Shown: positions 49,332-60,453, counted from the first letter of the stretch. The stretch: 64,000 nt of DNA from Candidatus Wolfebacteria bacterium (GCA_022616195.1 JAKEFG010000015.1:9354-73353), one strand, 5' to 3'. Numbers and translations are program-made. Notes: generated by a model not told the origin, from the letters alone.

Positions 49332-49793
49332 ATGACCGTGAAACAGATCATCATTCTTATTATTGTCGTCATTCTGCTCGGTCTTGTTGTGTGGGGCGGA
49401 TTTGTCTTTGTCGACAGAAACTCGCTGGTTACTGATGAGTTTACAGCTCCGACAACGACGGACCGCAATCTTGACGGCGACGACACGCGGCAGGAAAAAC
49501 TCACCATCACGCACGAGTACTCGGGGGGCGTACATCACTATGCCGGGGTGGTGACGGTACCCACGCCATGCCACGCGCTCACCACTGATGCCACGGTTGC
49601 CGAATCGTTCCCGGAGCAAATCCGCATAGTGCTGACAACCACGGCTCCGGCACCGGACACTGTCTGCATACAGGTGCTTGACCAGGAATCGTTTGAAGTG
49701 ACGGCGCGGGCAAGTGCGGGCGCGCTCCTCGTCGGCGTGACGCTTGACGGCATTTCGCTACCGTTTGAGATTTTTGAGGAAGCGAAGGGATAA
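49332..49793 (+). CDS. Membrane-anchored hypothetical protein
   Basis: N-terminal TM, PTPC, ESFPEQ, CIQV. Confidence 0.75.
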   Translation: MTVKQIIILIIVVILLGLVVWGGFVFVDRNSLVTDEFTAPTTTDRNLDGDDTRQEKLTITHEYSGGVHHYAGVVTVPTPCHALTTDATVAESFPEQIRIVLTTTAPAPDTVCIQVLDQESFEVTARASAGALLVGVTLDGISLPFEIFEEAKG

Positions 49794-49804
49794 CGATACG
49801 CACA

Positions 49805-50644
49805 ATGGTACTTGTCACTAAGGCAAACGGAGAGGAGGAGCTGTTTCAACCCGATAAGTTAAGGCGTTCGCTTGAACGTGCCGGTGCCCACGCGGAAACG
49901 GTTGCGCGAATCGTGACGCGCGTTGAAGGCGAACTGCGCGACGGCATGACTACGGCGGAAATTTACCGACACGCCTTTGAGCTGCTCAAACGTGAAGAAG
50001 ATAAACCTATTGCCGCGCGGTACTCACTCCGGCGCGCCATCATGGAACTTGGCCCCTCGGGGTTTCCGTTTGAGTCGTTTCTTGCTGAGCTGTTCCGTCA
50101 AGAGGGATACCGCGCCACGACGAACGTGTATCTCTCTGGAAAATGCACCGAACATGAGATTGATGTGCTTGCGGAAAATGACGCGAGGGTTGTTGCGGTA
50201 GAAGCGAAATTTCACAACGAATCAGGATACAAGACCGACCTGAAGGGTGTACTCTATGTCAACGCGCGTGCGGGAGACCTTAAAGAAACACATTTTGACG
50301 GCAAGGAGACTTCCGGCAAGGAGGGGGCGGTGTGGCTTATCACCAATACGAAGTTTACCCACAACGCGATTCGCTACGCAGAATGTGCAGGGCTTACTAT
50401 TATCGGGTGGACCTATCCACACCACGGCAACCTGCACGACCTCATAGACGCGTCGGGACTGCACCCAGTTTCCTGTCTCACGACGCTCTCCCAGGCACAG
50501 AAAAATCTCCTGCTTGAGCGGCGTATCGTGCTCTGCCGATTTCTCATGGAGCATCCGGAGACTCTTCAAGAAATCGGGCTCTCCGCCGCCAAAACCGACA
50601 CCGTTATTCAAGAAGCCCGCGGGTTGTGCGCTCCTCGAAGGTGA
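49805..50644 (+). CDS. ATP-cone plus Mrr-like restriction endonuclease domain protein
   Basis: VTKANGEEELF..KL..SL (ATP cone); GFPFE, EIDV, VEAKFH, TNTKFT..A. Confidence 0.82.
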   Translation: MVLVTKANGEEELFQPDKLRRSLERAGAHAETVARIVTRVEGELRDGMTTAEIYRHAFELLKREEDKPIAARYSLRRAIMELGPSGFPFESFLAELFRQEGYRATTNVYLSGKCTEHEIDVLAENDARVVAVEAKFHNESGYKTDLKGVLYVNARAGDLKETHFDGKETSGKEGAVWLITNTKFTHNAIRYAECAGLTIIGWTYPHHGNLHDLIDASGLHPVSCLTTLSQAQKNLLLERRIVLCRFLMEHPETLQEIGLSAAKTDTVIQEARGLCAPRR

Positions 50645-50658
50645 GGTAGAATCAGGGT

Positions 50659-51312
50659 ATGAACAACAAACACCGGGGAGAGCGGACATCGTCCAACAAT
50701 CAGCCGTATCGGGACAACAACCGGAACAATGTGTCGGCGCCAACACTCTTTCCGAAACCGAATATGCAAAACGGATCATCGCGCGCCACGTGGCGTATAG
50801 TCATTGGAACACTTATTGGTCTCATAGTCGGGTTTGTTGCCGGAGCGCTCATATTCCGAGGTGTCACATCCGTGACCGATACGACGGACACAGACAACAT
50901 AGATGGGGATGGAAACGAAGCCTCGGGGAGTGTGGTTGTGACACCACAGACAGGTGGGGATGCCGATCCAAGCGGGAGAGTCATTCTTCCGGAGAGCGGG
51001 GCGACCAGTGCGGATGTGGTGCTCGTTAAGGACCAACCTGCGGGGGAATCGGTATTTCTTTCCCGTGTGGGGCTTTCGGTGCCGGGTTGGGTAGCTATTC
51101 AGGAAGACAGTGACGGAGAGCCGGGCAACATTCTCGGTGCTCAGCGTTTTGACGCCGGGGTATACCAAGGGACGGTAAAATTGCTACGTCAGACGGAGGT
51201 GGGGGAGCGGTACCATGCAACGCTGTGGCGGGACAACGGCGACAAACTCTTCAATTTTGAAACGGACACATTACTCACGAGTGCAGAGACGATGATGTTT
51301 GAAGTGTACTAA
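50659..51312 (+). CDS. Membrane-anchored hypothetical protein
   Basis: TM, acidic linker, DQPAG..V, GWVAI, PGNILGA, DNGD..F. Confidence 0.7.
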   Translation: MNNKHRGERTSSNNQPYRDNNRNNVSAPTLFPKPNMQNGSSRATWRIVIGTLIGLIVGFVAGALIFRGVTSVTDTTDTDNIDGDGNEASGSVVVTPQTGGDADPSGRVILPESGATSADVVLVKDQPAGESVFLSRVGLSVPGWVAIQEDSDGEPGNILGAQRFDAGVYQGTVKLLRQTEVGERYHATLWRDNGDKLFNFETDTLLTSAETMMFEVY

Positions 51313-51359
51313 GGTCAGTGAATAGTTTGTCGTCGGTGATGAGTAGCGTGGCAGGAAAT

Positions 51360-51608
51360 ATGCAGAAACTGAATGTACAAGGAATCGGCGTGGCGCTCGG
51401 CATCACGTGGGCGCTCGGGTGCTTACTCATCGGACTCTCGGCGCTTGCGTTTGGCTACGGTGCAGAATTTGTTGCGGCGGTCGGTACGTTTTATATCGGC
51501 TACGCGCCGACACTTCTCGGCGTACTCATCGGCACGGTCTGGGGATTTGTGGATGCGTATATCGGCGGTGTCATTTTTGTGTGGCTGTATAATAAATTTA
51601 CGAAATAA
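51360..51608 (+). CDS. Small membrane protein, holin-like family
   Basis: YIGYAPT..G..IG..WGFVD..IGG...WLYN. Confidence 0.7.
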   Translation: MQKLNVQGIGVALGITWALGCLLIGLSALAFGYGAEFVAAVGTFYIGYAPTLLGVLIGTVWGFVDAYIGGVIFVWLYNKFTK

Positions 51609-52073
51609 ATGGAGGCTCTCGGCACATTTGATATATCCGTAGTTGTACAGTTTCTTATCGCGCTTCTCTTGGGCGCGCTCTTGGGGACGGAGCGGACGCT
51701 TGCCCACAAGAAAGCGGGCATGCGTACCTACGGGCTGGTGTCTATGGGCTCGTGCCTTTTTGTAGTGACCTCGCTTATTTTCTTTGTAACGTTTGGCGCG
51801 GCGGCAATGCCGGAGCTGATGCGGGTGATTGCGGGTATCATCACCGGAGTCGGGTTTCTTGGGACCGGAGTAATTATCTTTAAGGACACGGAGCTTACCG
51901 GTGGGCTCACGACCGCGGCGGGACTCTGGGTTGCCGCTGGCATCGGCGTTGCGGTGGGGTTCAAACTCTATGCCGTCGCGGCGCTTGCAACGGTACTCAC
52001 ACTTCTCACCTTCACTATCTTTTGGTATTTGGAAAATCGGGTGAAGGACATTACGAACGGGCACGAGGGCTAG
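51609..52073 (+). CDS. MgtC/SapB family protein
   Basis: G.ER....AGMRT, GVGFLGTG.I, GLTTAAGLW. Confidence 0.92.
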   Translation: MEALGTFDISVVVQFLIALLLGALLGTERTLAHKKAGMRTYGLVSMGSCLFVVTSLIFFVTFGAAAMPELMRVIAGIITGVGFLGTGVIIFKDTELTGGLTTAAGLWVAAGIGVAVGFKLYAVAALATVLTLLTFTIFWYLENRVKDITNGHEG

Positions 52074-52178
52074 GAAAGATTTGCCATAGGCAATCTTTGA
52101 TTTTTTCTCTTCTACCTGCTATATTGGAACCTGGAGTTAGGCGGTCTTTCCACACAACCAACTTCTATGGAGGCAGGT

Positions 52179-52649
52179 ATGCGAGTACTCAAACTGCACC
52201 CGGCCTCTAGAGAGGCGCTCAGGATTCTGCGCCGGCAGGAGGGGGGTATTTCGACCATACATCTTCACACCGCGCTTCTGCGGAGGAGATTCATCCCTCT
52301 CCATTTCATACAGCAGCGCAGTCTGCTAGAGAGGGCAGATTTCATTAGAGTCAAGGCTGCTCAAATCTCTGACAGAGATGTCGATGGTGGTCGCGGTGAC
52401 GTAGGCACCGCGCGTGACGAACGGGAGGTGCTCTTTCCCGGAGGGCGGCTTCTGCAGCTGTCGGGGGAAGTACCCAGGGGGCTCCGACTGCCGCCGGGAA
52501 CATCGGAGCCGCTCCTTCCGCTCGAGCCACCTAAGGGAGCAAGAGTCCGCTCTTCTCGCGAGGCGCTTCGACCGGTAGCGGTACGGGGGAGGCGGCCGCG
52601 GGGAATAGCGAAGCTTCTCCGCGAGTTGGAAGCAAAAAAAGGGGAGTGA
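52179..52649 (+). CDS. Hypothetical ORF, doubtful
   Basis: Fills an intergenic gap, GGAGG before ATG; no recognisable motif. Confidence 0.3.
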   Translation: MRVLKLHPASREALRILRRQEGGISTIHLHTALLRRRFIPLHFIQQRSLLERADFIRVKAAQISDRDVDGGRGDVGTARDEREVLFPGGRLLQLSGEVPRGLRLPPGTSEPLLPLEPPKGARVRSSREALRPVAVRGRRPRGIAKLLRELEAKKGE

Positions 52650-52719
52650 CGCGTGAACGGTCGCCGGCAGTTCTACTGCATTTCGGCGACCCTCTTTTTC
52701 TTTGTGCTATACTGGCGCG

Positions 52720-53571
52720 ATGGCTGACTACGGTTACTACAAACGCACCAGGGGGCTTTTTGACCCTCTTCGGCATGGCTTAGGTCACGCGTTGCCCAAG
52801 GAGCCCTTCAGACTCTCACGCTCAAAAATTGACCTTTTTTGGGAGTGCCCGCGCTGTTTTTATCTTGATAGGCGGCTTGGCGTGCCGCGCCCGTCACTGC
52901 CCGGCTTTACCCTGAACATTGCCGTTGACCACTTGCTGAAAAAAGAGTTTGATACGCATCGGGCGAAGGGGGACCCGCACCCCTTGATGACCGAGTACAA
53001 GATTGACGCGGTGCCGTTCGCGCACAAAAAACTGGACGTCTGGCGCAACAATTTCAAGGGGGTTGAGCGTTTGCACACGCCGACCAATTTTCTGGTCTTC
53101 GGCGCTATTGACGATGTGTGGGTCAATCCAAAAGGAGAGCTCCACGTTGTTGATTATAAAGCCACCAGCAAGGCGGAGAAACCGGACCTTGAGGGATTCT
53201 GGCAGCAGGTATACAAGCGGCAGATGGAAGTGTACCAGTGGCTCATGCGCGGCAACGGTTTTGAGGTGTCTGACACGGGCTACTTTGTGTATGTCAACGG
53301 GCGCAAGGACGCAGAGGCGTTTGACGGTAAGCTTGAGTTTGACGTGGACATCATTCCGTACACAGGCGACGACGGTTGGGTGGAGCGAACACTTCTAGAT
53401 GCTCAAAAAGCACTTGAGGCGGATGTGATTCCGGAGGCAGGCCAACACTGCGAGTACTGTCCGTATCGACAGTATGCGGGTGAATCAATCAGGGAGACAC
53501 TCGCTGTCCATACGAGAGGAGAAAAACAACATAAACAAAAAAAGGGGGGACAGAAAGAAACACCATTTTGA
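52720..53571 (+). CDS. PD-(D/E)XK (RecB-like) nuclease family protein
   Basis: LSRSKI..F.ECPRCFY, GAIDD, VDYKAT, Q...Y, CEYC. Confidence 0.85.
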   Translation: MADYGYYKRTRGLFDPLRHGLGHALPKEPFRLSRSKIDLFWECPRCFYLDRRLGVPRPSLPGFTLNIAVDHLLKKEFDTHRAKGDPHPLMTEYKIDAVPFAHKKLDVWRNNFKGVERLHTPTNFLVFGAIDDVWVNPKGELHVVDYKATSKAEKPDLEGFWQQVYKRQMEVYQWLMRGNGFEVSDTGYFVYVNGRKDAEAFDGKLEFDVDIIPYTGDDGWVERTLLDAQKALEADVIPEAGQHCEYCPYRQYAGESIRETLAVHTRGEKQHKQKKGGQKETPF

Positions 53572-53576
53572 GTATT

Positions 53577-53837
53577 ATGAAGAATCAAAACTTTAAAGAA
53601 AGGGTGTTGAAGGTCGTGGCGCGGATTAAGCGAGGGAAGGTTCTCACATACAAACAAGTGGCGACGCGTGCTGGGAACCCGAGGGCGGCGCGCGTAGTGG
53701 GGAATATTATGAAGCAAAACTATGACCCGAAGATACCGTGCCACCGGGTGATACGGAGTGATGGGGCTATGGGTGGCTACAACCGCGGTGGTGCAACCAA
53801 GAAACGGGCGCTTCTTAAAAAAGAAGGTGCGGCTTAA
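53577..53837 (+). CDS. MGMT family O6-alkylguanine repair protein
   Basis: G.V.TY..VA..G.P.AAR.VG, IPCHRV. Confidence 0.9.
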   Translation: MKNQNFKERVLKVVARIKRGKVLTYKQVATRAGNPRAARVVGNIMKQNYDPKIPCHRVIRSDGAMGGYNRGGATKKRALLKKEGAA

Positions 53838-53842
53838 GAACA

Positions 53843-54385
53843 CTGGACACGGAGGTTAAGCAGGCAACACTTTTTATTCTCTGTGGTGAGGCGTTCTCTG
53901 GGAAATCAACGCTTGCCAAACGCGCTGCGGAACGTTACAATGCCGAGGTAATCGGTCGGGACAGAATCTATTTTGCACTTGACGATATTCTCGTTCTTGA
54001 GGATACGCCGGAGGATGACGATGATGCACTGTGGAACAATCTCTGGCCGATAGCCGTGCAGGGTGCTCGAAACCAGCTCTTGCTTGGTAAATCGGTAGTG
54101 TTTGATGATAACTGTCTTCACCTACACCAACGGGACGAGCTTCGTGCTGTTGCAGAAAAAAGTGATGCAAAGAGCGTACTTATCTACCTTGATATACCAG
54201 ATAAGGTTCTCAAAGAACGGAAAGAGAAGAATAAGATAACCAAAGAACGACATGATGTACCGTCTGCATGGCTTAAAGAAGATGAGAAGGTATTTGAGCG
54301 CCCGACTGCTACAGAACGTCCGATTATTTATACTCCAGATACCGACCTAGAGGGATGGTTTAAGAAAATAGATGAGATTTTCTAA
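53843..54385 (+). CDS. AAA_33-like P-loop kinase lacking a canonical start (start uncertain)
   Basis: Frame open from 53819: KQATLFILCGEAFSGKSTLA...GKSVVFDD...R..LR, FERP. Confidence 0.65.
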   Translation: MDTEVKQATLFILCGEAFSGKSTLAKRAAERYNAEVIGRDRIYFALDDILVLEDTPEDDDDALWNNLWPIAVQGARNQLLLGKSVVFDDNCLHLHQRDELRAVAEKSDAKSVLIYLDIPDKVLKERKEKNKITKERHDVPSAWLKEDEKVFERPTATERPIIYTPDTDLEGWFKKIDEIF

Positions 54386-54476
54386 TACACCCGCGGACAC
54401 CCAGGGTTATTTTAACCACAGTGTTATTTGCTATACTGTTTTATGCGGCTAGTGCCTAGTCGCTAGACGTTACATC

Positions 54477-55100
54477 ATGGTCATTCAATACCACGGATTG
54501 GAGTCGTTCAAAGTACAATTCGGCGACACCACGCTTGCGTTTAACCCTGTTTCTAAAAAGTCCGCGCACAGGTCAACGAGTTTTGGCGCCGACATCGCGC
54601 TCGTGTCGCTTAATCATCCGGACATGAACGGCGTGGAAACCGCCGCACGCGGCGACAAGAACCCGTTTGTCGTTTCCGGACCCGGTGAGTATGAGATCAG
54701 TGGCGTCGCCGTGCGCGGCCTCCCGTCGACGTCACACTACGGCGGCAGTAATGGTATCAATACGATATACCTCGTGACCCTTGAAGGAATGTATCTCTGC
54801 TTTCTTGGGACACTCGGCGAGGGGGAGCTTCCGAGCGCTATTCAAGAAGAACTCGATGAGATTGATATTCTCTTCATCCCGGTCGGCGGCAGTGGGGTCC
54901 TTGATGCAAAGGCGGCGCATAAGCTCTCCACCAAACTGGAGCCACACATTGTTGTTCCGATGCACTATACCGACACTTCGCTCAAGCAGTTTCTGAGAGA
55001 AGAAGGAGAAAGCAACGGCACTCCGGTTGACAAACTGACGCTCAAACAAAAAGACCTCGTTGGAAAAGAGGGAGAAATTATTGTTCTTAAGACACTGTAG
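54477..55100 (+). CDS. MBL-fold hydrolase-like protein
   Basis: I.YHG...F, GPGEYE, DILFIPVGG, VPMHY. Confidence 0.85.
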   Translation: MVIQYHGLESFKVQFGDTTLAFNPVSKKSAHRSTSFGADIALVSLNHPDMNGVETAARGDKNPFVVSGPGEYEISGVAVRGLPSTSHYGGSNGINTIYLVTLEGMYLCFLGTLGEGELPSAIQEELDEIDILFIPVGGSGVLDAKAAHKLSTKLEPHIVVPMHYTDTSLKQFLREEGESNGTPVDKLTLKQKDLVGKEGEIIVLKTL

Positions 55101-55504
55101 TGTTTGAGTTCATACACAAATTGCAGAACAGGCCGGAATCGACCCGTCGACATTTTGCTTTTGTTGCCTCGCTTCTGATAACGCTTGCTATCGTGGGCGT
55201 GTGGCTCACAACGATTCCAAGCCGTACCTCATTGGAACGACGTGTCCGCGTGGAAAATACCGACGTGACCCCACTTCGCTCGCTTACTGATAGTTTCTCT
55301 GGGCTGTTCTCAAACGTGCCAGAGCACGTGAAAAACTTCACCGGTATGTTTACACAACCCGCACCCGTGGCAACCAGTACGGGCGCAGGCCTCGCGAAGC
55401 CGCCTGCGGGGTTGCCGGGACAAAATGACTCAAGTACTACTACGGATACACAGGACACGGCGACGCTCGTGGAACCGGATTTACCAAGAGAAACAGGCAA
55501 CTAA
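55100..55504 (+). CDS. Hypothetical single-TM protein
   Basis: GTG overlaps the upstream stop; LQNRPESTRR followed by a TM. Confidence 0.65.
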   Translation: MFEFIHKLQNRPESTRRHFAFVASLLITLAIVGVWLTTIPSRTSLERRVRVENTDVTPLRSLTDSFSGLFSNVPEHVKNFTGMFTQPAPVATSTGAGLAKPPAGLPGQNDSSTTTDTQDTATLVEPDLPRETGN

Positions 55505-55595
55505 TCATATGTGAGAATCCACCCGTAATCCCCATGCTTCGGGCTGTTTTTGACTGGAAACAATCCCTAAAATGTGCTATACTTAATACACGAAT

Positions 55596-58070
55596 ATGGC
55601 TACGAATAAGGACAAAATCACTACACACGAGGAGGACGCGCGAGGGAAAACCGGGAATGTTGTCGTTCGTAGCGTCTCGGCGGAAATGAAGGAGTCGTAT
55701 CTTGACTATGCGATGTCGGTTATCACCGCGCGCGCTCTTCCGGATGTTCGGGATGGACTCAAGCCCGTGCACCGGCGCGTGCTCTATGCGATGCATGGCA
55801 TGCGGCTTACTGCCTCCGCAAAGACCCGCAAGTCGGCGGCGGTGGTGGGTGAGGTGCTCGGTAAGTACCACCCACATGGTGATATCGCGGTGTATGATTC
55901 GCTCACCAAGCTCGCGCAGGATTTTTCCACGCGCTATCCGCTCATTGTCGGGCAAGGAAACTTTGGTTCCATTGATGGAGACAATCCTGCAGCGATGCGC
56001 TACACCGAAGTAAAAATGAGTAAAATTGCCGGCGAGCTCCTCCGCGACATTGAGAAGGAGACGGTTGACTGGCGCCCCAACTATGACGGCACGCATCAAG
56101 AGCCAATCGTGCTTCCTGCAGCAGTACCAAATTTGCTCTTGAACGGTACGCTGGGTATTGCAGTTGGTATGGCGACTAACATTCCGCCGCATAACCTCCG
56201 TGAGGTCGCGAATGCCACAATACACCTCGTTGAACATCCCGACGCAACAACGGAAGATTTGCTCTCGCATATCACTGGGCCCGATTTTCCAACGGGGGGT
56301 ATTGCCTACAACAAGAAAGACATCCAGCATGTGTATGCGAATGGCAAGGGCGGCGTCGTGGTGCGCGGCCGTGCCGAGGTGACCGAAGACGCAAAAGGGA
56401 ACGCACAGATTGTTATTTCCTCTATTCCGTTTCGGGTCAATAAATCAGATCTTGTGGTGAAAATCGCCGACTTGGCGCGCGAAAAGAAGATTGACGGCAT
56501 CAAAGATCTTCGCGACGAGTCAACCAGCGAAGTCCGAATTGTCATTGAGCTGAAGGGGAATGCGCATCCGCAAAAGGTGCTGAACTATCTCTACAAACAC
56601 ACACAACTTGAGGACACATTCCACTACAACATGGTGGCACTTGTCGACGGCGTGCCGCAGACGCTATCGCTCAAGGGTATTCTTGAGGAATTTGCAGTGC
56701 ATCGCGCTGAAGTAGTTCGTCGACGGACTCGCTTTGATCTCACCAAGGCTGAAGACCGCGGGCACATTCTCTTAGGGCTTAAGAAAGCTCTTGATCATAT
56801 TGATGCCATCATTGCACTTATCAAAAAAGCAAAGGACGTGCCCACAGCACATCGGGGACTTATGGCTGGATTTGCACTCTCCGAACGCCAGGCCACTGCA
56901 ATTCTTGAAATGAAGCTGCAGAAACTTGCTGGGCTGGAACGCAAAAAAGTTGAAGATGAGCTGGCTGAGGTGCAAAAACTCATTGCCGAGCTGTCGGATA
57001 TCTTGAAAAGCCCGAAGAAAATTCTCAAGATAATTACCGACGAACTGCACCGTGTTGCCGAAGAATACGGCGACGACCGTCGGACTACCATTGTCACCGG
57101 CGGTGTGCAGGAGCTTTTTACTGAAGATCTCATTCCTGACGAAGAGAGTATGTTGGTTCTGACGGCGGGGGGGTATCTCAAACGTACCAATCCAGGCGAG
57201 TATCGCAGGCAGCGTCGAGGTGGAGTGGGAGTTGTTGACATCAGTACTAAGGAAGAGGACTTCGTAACCACATTTCTTACTGCAAGTACGCACAGTGATC
57301 TGCTGTTTTTTACGGATCGTGGAAAGGTGTATCAGATAAAAATGTACGATATTCCAGAAGGCAAGCGGGCGACGCGCGGCAAGTCAGTCATGAATTTCCT
57401 GTCGCTCTCGAGTGACGAACGAGTTACCTCAGTACTCGCACAGCCTAAGGAGGTAAAAGGAAATGGGGGATCACTCATGATGGTTACCAAGCATGGTGTT
57501 ATCAAGAAGGTAACCGCGGCGGCGTTTACAGATGTGCGTCGGAGCGGTCTCATTGCCCTCACGCTAAGGGGTGACGATCAGCTTGTGTCGGCTGGTTTTG
57601 TAAAGCGTGACGATCACGTTGTTGTTACCACAAAACAGGGAAAGGCAATTCGGTTTAAGGAGTCAGACACCCGAACCATGGGCCGAGCCGCGTCAGGCGT
57701 GCGTGCAATCAAACTCACCAAGGGCGACGAGGTGGTTTCGGCTGACGTTCTCTCGTTAGGGGGCAACAAGCCGGAGCTTCTTGTGGTCATGGCAAAGGGA
57801 TATGGAAAGAAAACCCCGCTCAAGGAATACAAGGTGCAGAAACGCGGCGGCGCTGGTATCAAGGCAGCAAATGTGACTAACAAAACCGGAGAGCTTGTTT
57901 CGGTGCGGATAGTTGCTGCGGATGACAGCGAGATTGTCGCAATGTCCAAACACAGTCAAGTAGTGCGCACGGGGCTCAAGGAAATACCCTCTCTCGGGCG
58001 CGCGACGCAGGGTGTGCGCATTATGAAACTGCGCGACGGAGACAGCATCGCATCGGTGACCTGTGTGTAG
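55596..58070 (+). CDS. gyrA: DNA gyrase subunit A
   Basis: [31 protein letters not shown], GyrA box QRRGGVG. Confidence 0.97.
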   Translation: MATNKDKITTHEEDARGKTGNVVVRSVSAEMKESYLDYAMSVITARALPDVRDGLKPVHRRVLYAMHGMRLTASAKTRKSAAVVGEVLGKYHPHGDIAVYDSLTKLAQDFSTRYPLIVGQGNFGSIDGDNPAAMRYTEVKMSKIAGELLRDIEKETVDWRPNYDGTHQEPIVLPAAVPNLLLNGTLGIAVGMATNIPPHNLREVANATIHLVEHPDATTEDLLSHITGPDFPTGGIAYNKKDIQHVYANGKGGVVVRGRAEVTEDAKGNAQIVISSIPFRVNKSDLVVKIADLAREKKIDGIKDLRDESTSEVRIVIELKGNAHPQKVLNYLYKHTQLEDTFHYNMVALVDGVPQTLSLKGILEEFAVHRAEVVRRRTRFDLTKAEDRGHILLGLKKALDHIDAIIALIKKAKDVPTAHRGLMAGFALSERQATAILEMKLQKLAGLERKKVEDELAEVQKLIAELSDILKSPKKILKIITDELHRVAEEYGDDRRTTIVTGGVQELFTEDLIPDEESMLVLTAGGYLKRTNPGEYRRQRRGGVGVVDISTKEEDFVTTFLTASTHSDLLFFTDRGKVYQIKMYDIPEGKRATRGKSVMNFLSLSSDERVTSVLAQPKEVKGNGGSLMMVTKHGVIKKVTAAAFTDVRRSGLIALTLRGDDQLVSAGFVKRDDHVVVTTKQGKAIRFKESDTRTMGRAASGVRAIKLTKGDEVVSADVLSLGGNKPELLVVMAKGYGKKTPLKEYKVQKRGGAGIKAANVTNKTGELVSVRIVAADDSEIVAMSKHSQVVRTGLKEIPSLGRATQGVRIMKLRDGDSIASVTCV

Positions 58071-58149
58071 TTCTCTCAATTGTAGGCGCGGCTTGGTTGC
58101 AATATTATGCACTTCGTAATTTACAATCTGTACTTCATAATTCAAGCCG

Positions 58150-58689
58150 ATGGCGTTTTCAGATCCACAGCGAAATATTGAACAACTCGGACTTTCGGAG
58201 GGTATGCGGGTGGCTGATTTTGGTGCGGGGTCGGGATTCTACACAGTTGCTGCGTCGGGGAAGGTCGGAATGGACGGACGAGTGTATGCAATTGATATTC
58301 AATCCGGGCTTCTCGGCCGCATACAGGACACTGTACACGGCGTACAAACGAGTAACATTGAGGTATTACAGGGGGATCTTGAGCACGAGGGCGGATCAAA
58401 ACTCAGGGACGGGACCGCTGATGTGGTGCTTGCTGCCAACATACTCTTCCAGGTGACTCGCAAGGAAGTCTTTCTTAAAGAAGCGTGGCGTGTTCTGAAA
58501 TCAGGCGGTCGGCTCCTACTGGTTGATTGGAGGGGTGCGTTTGGTGGTGTTGGTCCGCGTCAACGCGATGTGGTGGCAGAAACAGCCGCTGAGCAACTGC
58601 TCAGGAATGCTGGATTTAGTATAGAAAGACGTATTCAAGCGGGGGAACACCATTATGGGATAGTCGCGCGCAGGCCAAAAGGTGCATAA
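58150..58689 (+). CDS. Class I SAM-dependent methyltransferase
   Basis: VADFGAGSG, YAIDI, RVLKSGG.L..VDW. Confidence 0.9.
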   Translation: MAFSDPQRNIEQLGLSEGMRVADFGAGSGFYTVAASGKVGMDGRVYAIDIQSGLLGRIQDTVHGVQTSNIEVLQGDLEHEGGSKLRDGTADVVLAANILFQVTRKEVFLKEAWRVLKSGGRLLLVDWRGAFGGVGPRQRDVVAETAAEQLLRNAGFSIERRIQAGEHHYGIVARRPKGA

Positions 58690-58702
58690 TGCATAATGAG
58701 AT

Positions 58703-59986
58703 ATGAATTTTAAAGCTATTATATTGGGATTGTTTGTCTTTTTTCTCATTGCAGGTGCTATTGCATTTGCAACGTTTCGTGGCGGGCGTGGCGACGCGAC
58801 ACCCATCAGTCCAGTGATGCTTTGGGGTACGCTCTCAGCACGTGAAGTGAATGCTCTCATTCAGCACATACAGATTGAATTGGACACGGACTTTCCCGTG
58901 GTGTATCGCGAGATATCCCCGGATAATTTTGATCGTGAACTCGTTGAGGCGCTCGCCTCCGGGCGCGGCCCCGACATGATTTTTCTTCCACAAGATCTTA
59001 TCATGCGACATCGCGATAAACTCTACGCTATTCCATTTGAATCGTTTTCCGAGCGCGACTTTCTGGACAGGTTCATAGAGGAAGGGGAGCTCTATCTCTC
59101 ATCTTCAGGGAGCTTGGCGTTGCCCTTCGCTGTTGACCCTCTCGTGCTCTATTGGAATCGGACGTTGTTTGCAAACGCGGGTATTGCGGAGCCGCCGCGT
59201 TTCTGGGACGAAATGCTGGTTCTTGTAAGTCGACTTACTGAGCGCGATGAGCGTGGTAATATTACGCGGAGTGCGATTGCACTTGGGGAGTTCGGGAATG
59301 TTACGCATGCAAAAGAGATTATCTCTGCACTCATCATGCAATCCGGGAATCCGATTGTCTCTGGTACGAGTGATGCACCAAACGTTGTTCTCACTGAGCG
59401 TCTCTTGGCTCCGGAGCCGCCGACTGCGGCGGCGCTCCGCTTCTACACAGAATTTGCGAATCCGGTGAAGCCGACGTACTCGTGGAATCGCTCGCTCCCG
59501 CCGTCACAATCGGCGTTCCTCGCCGGGGATACGGCACTCTACATCGGGTTTGCGAGCGAATTGTTTGAGTTGCGTGAGAAAAACCCCAATCTGAACTTTG
59601 ACGTTGCTGCCCTGCCGCAGATTCGTGGTGCTACGGCAGAGAAAACCTTCGGTGCGATGCACGGCGCCGCGATTCTCAAGAGCTCCCCGAACACCACGAG
59701 TGGCTTTCAAGTCTTGAGCATTCTCACTGGCCAAGACGTGCTCAAGGCATGGGAGGGTGAAACGGGACTCCCGCCGGTACGGCGGGATCTTCTCTCGGTG
59801 CCGCAGACAGACGCGTTTCGCTCGGTTTTCTACAACTCGGCGCTCACTGCGGACGCATTTCTTGACCCCAGTCCTTCCGCGACGGGCATCATTTTCCGTG
59901 ATATGGTGGAGAATATAACGTCGGGTAGGGCAGACGTGAGTAATGTGGTGCAAGATGCGTCGGCCCGCCTTGAACAGCTGTTTTAA
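58703..59986 (+). CDS. Extracellular solute-binding protein
   Basis: N-terminal TM, ASGRGPD, DPLVLYWNR, F.AG..A.Y.G. Confidence 0.85.
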   Translation: MNFKAIILGLFVFFLIAGAIAFATFRGGRGDATPISPVMLWGTLSAREVNALIQHIQIELDTDFPVVYREISPDNFDRELVEALASGRGPDMIFLPQDLIMRHRDKLYAIPFESFSERDFLDRFIEEGELYLSSSGSLALPFAVDPLVLYWNRTLFANAGIAEPPRFWDEMLVLVSRLTERDERGNITRSAIALGEFGNVTHAKEIISALIMQSGNPIVSGTSDAPNVVLTERLLAPEPPTAAALRFYTEFANPVKPTYSWNRSLPPSQSAFLAGDTALYIGFASELFELREKNPNLNFDVAALPQIRGATAEKTFGAMHGAAILKSSPNTTSGFQVLSILTGQDVLKAWEGETGLPPVRRDLLSVPQTDAFRSVFYNSALTADAFLDPSPSATGIIFRDMVENITSGRADVSNVVQDASARLEQLF

Positions 59987-59991
59987 CGACT

Positions 59992-60447
59992 ATGTATTCT
60001 CTCCGGCGGAGCGCAGGTTCCACAATTATCACCGGCTTGATGCTCGTGACCTTGGTAGGGCTTTTTGCCGGTCCGGTTGTATATGCACAGGATGAAGACC
60101 CGAGCCGATTTTTTGGTTTGGTGCCTTGTACCGGCGTTGCTCCTGACCCAGACCGGGTTGGGCCGCCCGCACCGAACGAACACCCATGCACCTTTACCGA
60201 TCTGGTAGCGGCAGCACAAAAGGTTATTGACTGGCTACTCTATGCCGCGGTCTTTTTTGCGGCTACTCTCTTCAGCTGGGCGGGCTTTCTCTATGTAACG
60301 TCGGCAGGGGAAACGGGGAAGGTGAGTCGGGCGCACGGCATATTCAAAAATGTCCTCATTGGGTTTATTATAGCGTTAGCGGCATGGCTCATCGTGCACA
60401 CCATTACCACGGCGCTTCTTAGGGATCAGTCGCTTCCGCTATTGTAA
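59992..60447 (+). CDS. VirB2/T4SS-type pilin 1
   Basis: Signal peptide, GLVPC...C, WAGFLYVTSAG....A, G..I.LAAWLIV. Confidence 0.75.
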   Translation: MYSLRRSAGSTIITGLMLVTLVGLFAGPVVYAQDEDPSRFFGLVPCTGVAPDPDRVGPPAPNEHPCTFTDLVAAAQKVIDWLLYAAVFFAATLFSWAGFLYVTSAGETGKVSRAHGIFKNVLIGFIIALAAWLIVHTITTALLRDQSLPLL

Positions 60448-60453
60448 ACATAC

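Noticed and set aside
51360-51608. Prophage, suggested by the holin-like gene
   Set aside because: No integrase, capsid, terminase or lysin nearby; the flanking genes are cellular.
52720-53571. Cas4 or defence-system call for the PD-(D/E)XK proteins (also 30255-31094)
   Set aside because: No cas1/cas2, array or partner genes nearby; treated as stand-alone RecB-like nucleases.
53811-53825. Programmed -1 frameshift (AAAAAAG) fusing MGMT to the kinase
   Set aside because: The heptamer is out of phase for A_AAA_AAG tandem slippage, and a -1 slip would place the P-site tRNA on TAA.
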